A stretch of 64,000 nucleotides of DNA from Sedimentisphaerales bacterium (GTDB lineage: Bacteria; Planctomycetota; Phycisphaerae; Sedimentisphaerales; SM23-30). Positions 57,753-64,000 of the stretch are shown here, in pieces. The translations under genes and the position numbers were made by a program. Where the stretch lies: assembly GCA_963666285.1 (NCBI GenBank), contig OY762711.1, one strand, 5' to 3'. Below the pieces are notes generated by a model. The model had not been told where the DNA came from and made no database searches. It saw nothing but the letters and a program-made list of their open reading frames with translations. Each line of letters begins with the position of its first letter. Position 1 is the stretch's first letter.

Positions 57753-59759
57753 ATGAAGACAAATAATTTATCAGAGCTAACGGTTCGTTCGATACTATTG
57801 GGCGTGATTTTATCAATTATTCTGGCCGCGGCAAATGCGTATTTAGGTTTGTTTGCCGGGATGACGGTTTCTGCTTCAATACCGGCGGCGGTAATCTCAA
57901 TGGGTATATTGCGGTTACTGAAAAGGGGCAATATTCTGGAGAATAATATTGTTCAGACGGCAGCATCAGCGGGCGAGTCTGTGGCGGCGGGAGTGATTTT
58001 TACAATGCCTGCCCTGGTGATGATGGGATTCTGGGAGAATTTTGACTATCTATGGGTTACACTTATTGCCGGTTTTGGCGGTATTTTGGGTGTGTTATTT
58101 ACTATTCCGCTGCGTCGCAGCCTGATTATTGAAGAGAAACTGCAGTTTCCGGAAGGTGTAGCTACTGCCGAGGTGCTAGAGACCGGCCAGGAGGGTGGTT
58201 CCGGTGTTTGGATAATAGCGAAGGCCGCAGCAGCTGGGGCATTGTTCAAGCTTGGAGCGGGTAAGCTGTTGGGATTTTTCCCTGAGGCCCTGGAAGGAGC
58301 AACATCAATCGGTAAGTCTGTTTTTTATGTCGGTTCCAATCTTAGCCCGGCGCTTTTGTCGGTTGGATATATAGTTGGATTGAATATAGCGGTGCTGGTT
58401 TTTCTGGGCGGTGCGTTAAACTGGTTTGTAGCGGTGCCGATTGTGTCGCATTTTGAGGGAGGCTGCCCGGAAGGAGTAAGTGCTGTAGGTTGGTCGTATG
58501 ATATATGGAGGGAGCATACTCGTTACCTGGGGGTAGGTGCGATGCTGGTGGGCGGAGTCTGGACGATAATCCAGATGCGAAAATCGCTTCTGGGCGGTGT
58601 ATTGGGCGGCTTGCGGGCGTATAAGAAAATTGCCGGTAATGATGGTTCGCAGGCAATAGATCGTTGTGAGCAGGATGTGCCGATGAAATGGGTTTTGATC
58701 GCTGTGGTTGCGTCTATTGTGCCGCTGTTTCTGGTTTACCAGGTATTTGTCCAGCAGGTGCATGTATCGCTGGTGATGTCTTTTATAATGATCATAACCG
58801 GATTTGTATTTTCAGCGGTAGCAGGATATATGGCCGGGCTGGTGGGTTCGTCAAATAACCCTATTTCCGGAGTGACGATTTCGACAGTGCTGGTGTCATC
58901 ACTATTGCTGTTGCTGCTGATGGGTTCGGGAGCAGAGAATGGTCCGGCAGCCGCGATAATAATAGGTAGTGTGGTATGTTGTGCCGCTGCGATTGCCGGT
59001 GATAATTTGCAGGATTTGAAGGCCGGGCACATAGTAGGAGCAACTCCCTGGAAGCAGCAGGTAATGCAGATAGTAGGAGTGGTTGCCGGAGCGATGGTAA
59101 TGGCTCCGGTTTTGGGACTGCTGCAGCATGCATATGGCTTTGAAGGTATGGATGGTGCCGGTAAAGATGCGTTAGCGTGTCCGCAGGCATCGTTGATGAA
59201 GGCTGTGTCGCAAGGTGTATTTAAGAATGATTTGCAATGGGGATATATTTCTGTGGGGGCTGTGATCGCATTGGTTGTAATAATACTGGATATTGTACAG
59301 AAGAAACGAGAGTCATCATTCCGTTTACCTGTACTGGCAGTTGCGATAGGAGTTTATCTGCCGTTCGAGATGTCTGTGCCAATTCTGCTCGGTGGCCTGA
59401 TACATTGGATTATCAAGCGAGCTCAGAAAAAGCGGAATTTGTCAAAAGAGAATGTTGTAGATTCAGATCGCCGCGGGTTGTTGTTTGCTTCCGGTCTGAT
59501 AACAGGCGAAGCGATAATGGGTATCCTGCTGGCGATTCCGATTGTGACAATGATAAAAGTGTATGAAATACCAAAGAATGCTTTTCCGATGCTGAAGCAG
59601 GGTGAATCCGGTTGGCTGCCGGGTTGGTGGAGTGCTGCAAATGAACATGCATCTAATTTCAGCGGATCACTGCTTGCTGAAATTATGGGTGCGGCTCTTC
59701 TGATAGCCGTTGTTTTCTGGATGATAAAAGTAACTTTAAAGGTTGATTCGGATAGGTGA
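57753..59759 (+). CDS. OPT-family oligopeptide transporter
   Basis: 'ELTVRSI.LG...ANAYLGL.AG.TV.ASIPAAVISM', 'ENNIVQT.ASAGE', 'FPEG.A.AEVL', 'QDLKAG..VGATPWKQQ'. Confidence 0.95.
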   Translation: MKTNNLSELTVRSILLGVILSIILAAANAYLGLFAGMTVSASIPAAVISMGILRLLKRGNILENNIVQTAASAGESVAAGVIFTMPALVMMGFWENFDYLWVTLIAGFGGILGVLFTIPLRRSLIIEEKLQFPEGVATAEVLETGQEGGSGVWIIAKAAAAGALFKLGAGKLLGFFPEALEGATSIGKSVFYVGSNLSPALLSVGYIVGLNIAVLVFLGGALNWFVAVPIVSHFEGGCPEGVSAVGWSYDIWREHTRYLGVGAMLVGGVWTIIQMRKSLLGGVLGGLRAYKKIAGNDGSQAIDRCEQDVPMKWVLIAVVASIVPLFLVYQVFVQQVHVSLVMSFIMIITGFVFSAVAGYMAGLVGSSNNPISGVTISTVLVSSLLLLLLMGSGAENGPAAAIIIGSVVCCAAAIAGDNLQDLKAGHIVGATPWKQQVMQIVGVVAGAMVMAPVLGLLQHAYGFEGMDGAGKDALACPQASLMKAVSQGVFKNDLQWGYISVGAVIALVVIILDIVQKKRESSFRLPVLAVAIGVYLPFEMSVPILLGGLIHWIIKRAQKKRNLSKENVVDSDRRGLLFASGLITGEAIMGILLAIPIVTMIKVYEIPKNAFPMLKQGESGWLPGWWSAANEHASNFSGSLLAEIMGAALLIAVVFWMIKVTLKVDSDR

Positions 59760-61831
59760 AAATGATGAAAATATTTGAAATAGGCAAGTTTGTGGTTTTG
59801 TTCTGGGCCAGTGTGGCTTTGGCTGATTTTTCGCTTTATGTGTCACCTGATGGGGATGATATCGATGGCGGAGAAGGCCCGGACAGGTCAGTAAGGACTG
59901 TTCAGCGGGCAATTGAACTTGCCAGGAGAGTACAAGATAAGCCGGTGACAGTATATTTAAGTGACGGTGTATATGAGATCAGGGAGCCATTACGGTTCGG
60001 TGTAGAAGACAACAGGGCGGAGGACTGCCCGCTAATAGTTAAGCCATTAGGAAAAAATGCACCAGTTATCTCAGGTGGTCAAAAAATTATCGGCTGGCAG
60101 AAGCAGGCTAATGGCATGTGGACAACGCAGATTGATGTGGTAAAGGAAGGAAAATGGTATTTTACCCAGTTGTTTGTAAATGGTCAGCGTTGTCAACGGG
60201 CAAAGTCGCCTAATAATGGTTTTTTCCGTGTTGCTGGTTTTCCGGAAGGCGGGCGTGAAACTGATTGTTTTAAGAAAAGCCAAAGTTTTGAATTCAAGCC
60301 GGGTGATATCAAGCATGACTGGCAAAATCTGGGTGATGTAGAGGTCATTATTTATCATTTCTGGACTGATACACATCTGCCTGTCGAGTCGGTAGATGCC
60401 CAAAAGAATATCGTTTCATTTAAATATAAATCCGGTAAGGTATTTACTGATGATTATACAAACAATGGTGCCCGTTATATTGTTGAAAATGTGTATGAGG
60501 AGCTGGATATAGCAGGCGAGTGGTACCTGGACAGGCAGACCGGTGTATTGAGTTATATGCCGAAGCCTGGTGAGGATATAAGCACGATTGATGCCTGTGC
60601 TCCATTATCGCCAGCGCTGGTTACAATGAATGGAGATGCTATCGGTAACAACCCTCTGGCAAATATCCGTTTTGAAAGCATTGATTTTGCATATACTAAC
60701 TATTTTCTGCCGCCTGGAAACTGTAATGATGCACAGGGCAGCAGCAGTGTGCCGGCTGCAATAACATTGAAAGGGTGCAGTGATATTGTTTTTAATAACT
60801 GTACTATTAGGAATATTGGAACGTTTGCCTTTGATATTGGTGAAGGCTGCCGCAATGTGAAGATGGTTGGTAACCAGATGGTAGATCTTGGCGGAGGTGG
60901 CGTTAGAGTTAATGGTGGTAATGAAAGCTCTCATCCGCTATTGAGGACTGGTAATAATATTATTAAGAATAATATTATAGGACCATATGGCACAGTTTAT
61001 TCTTCTGCGGTGGGCGTGTTGCTGATGCATACCTTTGGTAATGAAGTAAGTCATAATGAGATACATCATGGCTGGTATACCGGGGTATCTATTGGTTGGC
61101 ATTGGGGGTATCAGCGGAGTATAAGCCGGGATAACCTGATAGATTATAATCATATCCATCATATTGGCCAGGGGTTGCTTTCAGATATGGGTGCAGTCTA
61201 CACTTTAGGGATTTCGCCTGGTACAAAAATAAGAAATAATCTTATACATGATATTGATGCCAATCATTACGGCGGATGGGGGATATATAATGATGAAGGT
61301 TCAAGTCATATCCTGGTAGAGAACAACATAGTATATAATACTAAATTTGCAGGTTATAACATTCATTATGCCAAGGAGATAACAGTTCGAAATAATATTT
61401 TTGCCTTTGGCCGATTGCAGCAGCTTAGTCGAAGTCGGGTAGAACCACATAAGAGCTGTTTCTTTGAAAATAATATAGTATATTTTACCGAAGGAAAACT
61501 TTTAGATAACAGATGGCGTGATAAGTCCTATAAGTTTTATTATCACCCTAATCATCCTGAGGGACGTGATACACATAGTACATTTGATATGGACTGGAAC
61601 ATATACTATAATCCAGGAAAGGAACTAGAAAATATTACCTTTAACGGACTTTCATTTTCGGAGTGGCAAAAAACCGGTAAAGATATGCATTCATTGTACT
61701 TAGATCCAAAATTTGAAGATGTTGATAAGTATGATTTTCGCCTGAAGAATGATTCACCAGCGTTGGAACTTGGTTTTAAGTCAATAGATATGACTACCGT
61801 TGGGCCTGAGAATGATGAAATGTTAAAATAG
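59756..61831 (+). CDS. Secreted right-handed beta-helix glycoside hydrolase (GH141-like)
   Basis: 'YVSPDGDD', 'QLFVNG.R..RA..PN', 'EN..EELD..GEWYLD', 'Y.GVSIGW.WG', 'LSDMGAVYTLG', 'IYNDEGSS'. Start may be 59762. Confidence 0.75.
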   Translation: MKMMKIFEIGKFVVLFWASVALADFSLYVSPDGDDIDGGEGPDRSVRTVQRAIELARRVQDKPVTVYLSDGVYEIREPLRFGVEDNRAEDCPLIVKPLGKNAPVISGGQKIIGWQKQANGMWTTQIDVVKEGKWYFTQLFVNGQRCQRAKSPNNGFFRVAGFPEGGRETDCFKKSQSFEFKPGDIKHDWQNLGDVEVIIYHFWTDTHLPVESVDAQKNIVSFKYKSGKVFTDDYTNNGARYIVENVYEELDIAGEWYLDRQTGVLSYMPKPGEDISTIDACAPLSPALVTMNGDAIGNNPLANIRFESIDFAYTNYFLPPGNCNDAQGSSSVPAAITLKGCSDIVFNNCTIRNIGTFAFDIGEGCRNVKMVGNQMVDLGGGGVRVNGGNESSHPLLRTGNNIIKNNIIGPYGTVYSSAVGVLLMHTFGNEVSHNEIHHGWYTGVSIGWHWGYQRSISRDNLIDYNHIHHIGQGLLSDMGAVYTLGISPGTKIRNNLIHDIDANHYGGWGIYNDEGSSHILVENNIVYNTKFAGYNIHYAKEITVRNNIFAFGRLQQLSRSRVEPHKSCFFENNIVYFTEGKLLDNRWRDKSYKFYYHPNHPEGRDTHSTFDMDWNIYYNPGKELENITFNGLSFSEWQKTGKDMHSLYLDPKFEDVDKYDFRLKNDSPALELGFKSIDMTTVGPENDEMLK

Positions 61832-61965
61832 GATGAATTTTTCTGTTCTGTAAGGCTTTGTTTGACAGTGCCTTATATTTTGTTTTAAGTAAGGTAGTCA
61901 TTTTGACGATAAGCATTTTAAGACGATAGAAAAGCAATTTTCAACCTTATTAGCAGGAATTAGAG

Positions 61966-62130
61966 ATGGCAGTAACAATAATGTGTCCGAACTTACGATG
62001 CCGTAAGATACTTATGATACCTGATTCGATGCGAGGATCACGTGTTAGATGTACATATTGTGGAATGGTATTACGAGTACCAAAGCCTACGGTAACTGCA
62101 TCTGGATTTAAGAAAAAAGGTGAAAAATAG
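61966..62130 (+). CDS. Small Zn-ribbon protein (54 aa), absent from the ORF track
   Basis: AGGA RBS, then MAVTIMCPNLRCRKILMIPDSMRGSRVRCTYCGMVLRVPKPTVTASGFKKKGEK* with CPxxxC...CxxC. Confidence 0.75.
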   Translation: MAVTIMCPNLRCRKILMIPDSMRGSRVRCTYCGMVLRVPKPTVTASGFKKKGEK

Positions 62131-62371
62131 CATTTCTGTTGTTTTGCAATGAAATTGTAGTGTGTAGTGAAGATTCATATCTAAGTATTTTAAGTCAAAA
62201 GGTTTAAAACCAAGATTATTTTTATTCTTGACATGTGTTCTATTAAATAGATACAATAATTTTTTAGACTTGATATTCAATGAGTGCAAAAATATCTGAT
62301 TAATGTATAGAATGTGTATTTATTGTATTTGCGACCCAATTTATGTGGTCATAATTTGATAAGGATTTTTT

Positions 62372-63292
62372 TTGCTGGAATCACCTAGAGACAGTATTCA
62401 CGGCCAGAAAGTGATAGAAATAGAAAGCCCGGCGAAGTTGAATTTGTCTTTGCTGGTTTATGGCAAGCGTAAGGATGGTTTTCATGAACTCCATTCAATA
62501 ATGGCGGCCCTTCGTTTTGCAGATCGTCTGGTAATAAGCCCTAGTTCTGATCCCGGGATAATACTTGAGATATCCGGGTTGAAGGAGTCTGTTCCTACTG
62601 GGCCGGAAAACCTTATATGTCGGGCGGCAAATCTGCTAGAAGGATATATGGATAAACCTCAGGGTGCGGTAATACAATTGGAGAAGAATATTCCCGCCGG
62701 TGGCGGGTTGGGTGGCGCCAGTGGAAATGCAGCGGCCGCCCTGATTGGCCTAAACCAGTTGTGGAATTTGAAATTGCCAAAAGAAGAACTGGCCACATTA
62801 GCTGCGAGGATAGGCAGTGATGTAGCATTTTTTCTGTATACTCCTCTGGCGGAATGCCAGGGAAGAGGAGAAATAGTCAGGAAGCTTGAAGGTGGTTTAA
62901 CTAAAAAGGTTTTGTTAATACTGCCCGGCATCCACGTTAGTACAGCAGAAGTATATAAAAATTATAAATATGATTCATCGCTGGTAAATGCCCGGCGAGT
63001 AGTAATAGATAATTTAGTTAAATCAGGCGATTTTGACGGTTTGTTTGAGTTGGGAATAAACTCACTGCTTCCGGTAACGATGAACTATGTTCCCGGACTT
63101 GATCGCTTGAGAGAAGAGATCGAATTTGTTCTTGGCAAAAAGATATTTATGTCAGGTAGTGGTTCAACACTATATTTATGTGGAGATGGTGAAGATGAAC
63201 TGCAAGGCTATGTTGACAAGATAAAAAAAGGAGATCTAGGTGAGTGTTGTGATTTTATATTGACTGAGTTTATGTCGCTCAGAGGAAATTAA
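62372..63292 (+). CDS. ispE: 4-diphosphocytidyl-2-C-methyl-D-erythritol kinase
   Basis: 'SPAKLNLSL', 'DGFHEL.S', 'KNIP.GGGLGG.S.NAA', 'GSDVAFFL', 'MSGSGST'. Start uncertain (TTG 62372 or GTG 62411). Confidence 0.95.
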   Translation: MLESPRDSIHGQKVIEIESPAKLNLSLLVYGKRKDGFHELHSIMAALRFADRLVISPSSDPGIILEISGLKESVPTGPENLICRAANLLEGYMDKPQGAVIQLEKNIPAGGGLGGASGNAAAALIGLNQLWNLKLPKEELATLAARIGSDVAFFLYTPLAECQGRGEIVRKLEGGLTKKVLLILPGIHVSTAEVYKNYKYDSSLVNARRVVIDNLVKSGDFDGLFELGINSLLPVTMNYVPGLDRLREEIEFVLGKKIFMSGSGSTLYLCGDGEDELQGYVDKIKKGDLGECCDFILTEFMSLRGN

Positions 63293-63453
63293 ATTGTAGA
63301 AAGAAAGTGATCTAAATTAGAAAAATTCTTTCTTAATTCATGTTAAGTTTATTTAATAAAAAGCGGGCAAATATTCTAATTCGTTTAGTACGAGAAGTTT
63401 GTTCTTTTTATTATATTTGTTGAATCTCTAATATAAGGTCTGGAGGTAACTGC

Positions 63454-63945
63454 ATGGAGATTACAGATGTAAGGATAAAACTGGCAACAAGTGATAGAGA
63501 TAATTTGCGGGCATATTGCACAATAATAATCGATGATTCTTTTGTTGTTACAGATTTGAAGGTAGTTGATGGGAATAAGGGTATGTTTGTATCAATGCCA
63601 TCACGTAAAGTGATGGAAAAATGTCCGAAATGCCACTCGAAAAATCATATTCGTGCCAGGTTTTGCAATGATTGCGGAAAGAAGCTTAATAACGATCATT
63701 CCAGGCATGTTTCTGATAAAAGACTTTATGTTGATATGGCTCATCCAATCAAAGCTGACTGTCGTCAGCAAATAGTAAAGGCTGTGCTCGATGCATACTA
63801 TCAGGAATGCAAGCAGGCCGGTATGTCAGCCAGTAATTCTGACAGAGTCGATGAAATAGAAGATGATATTGTTGATTTTGATACCAAGACCGGCCAGATA
63901 GATCCAAGTGGTCTGGATTCCGATGACGATCTGATGTTTTCATAA
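63454..63945 (+). CDS. spoVG: SpoVG-family nucleic-acid-binding protein with Zn-ribbon insertion
   Basis: GGAGG RBS, 'MEITDVRIKL', 'G.FVSMPSRK', CPKC...CNDC insertion, 'D.AHPI....R'. Confidence 0.9.
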   Translation: MEITDVRIKLATSDRDNLRAYCTIIIDDSFVVTDLKVVDGNKGMFVSMPSRKVMEKCPKCHSKNHIRARFCNDCGKKLNNDHSRHVSDKRLYVDMAHPIKADCRQQIVKAVLDAYYQECKQAGMSASNSDRVDEIEDDIVDFDTKTGQIDPSGLDSDDDLMFS

Positions 63946-64000
63946 AGCTCGTAATTTATAATTAGTCAGGGCTAGTAATCTTTAGGATAACTAGTCGTTA

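Overview
Bacterial chromosome segment of moderate GC with patchy composition. Gene content suggests a Planctomycetota/Phycisphaerae (Sedimentisphaerales-like) anaerobe; this is an inference from the PEP-CTERM proteins, GLUG/PASTA proteins, dockerin-like 'D-x-[NT]-x-D-x-x-V-D...LAxxWL' modules and a Zn-ribbon SpoVG. Housekeeping genes (asd, argJ, cinA, ispE, spoVG, a RidA-family gene, a B12 radical SAM gene, DUF58/Bat-type genes) are mixed with three accessory groups. (1) A variable surface-protein region at about 7.5-17 kb: a DUF4097 pseudogene hit by a 161-bp MITE, a 994-aa secreted protein split by an intact IS3-family element with a GTAA target duplication, three tandem mosaic PEP-CTERM paralogs (the middle one out of frame at a G11 tract) and an LRR PEP-CTERM gene. 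(2) Three tandem GLUG-repeat genes, one with 873-bp near-perfect internal repeats and nine PASTA domains. (3) A rhamnose/sulfated-glycan utilisation neighbourhood (GH106-like, sugar isomerase, AraC, GH78, SSS symporter, sulfatase, beta-helix enzyme). The most unexplained signals are: a ~480-bp GC-rich non-coding element present twice in inverted orientation (2044-2515 and 6910-7400) and rich in ANGGA motifs and palindromes; a ~100-nt promoter-to-terminator sRNA candidate (6657-6758); and a shared dockerin-like tag on six unrelated secreted proteins. No rRNA, tRNA, CRISPR array, cas gene or reverse transcriptase was seen. All family assignments come from motif recognition, not database searches.
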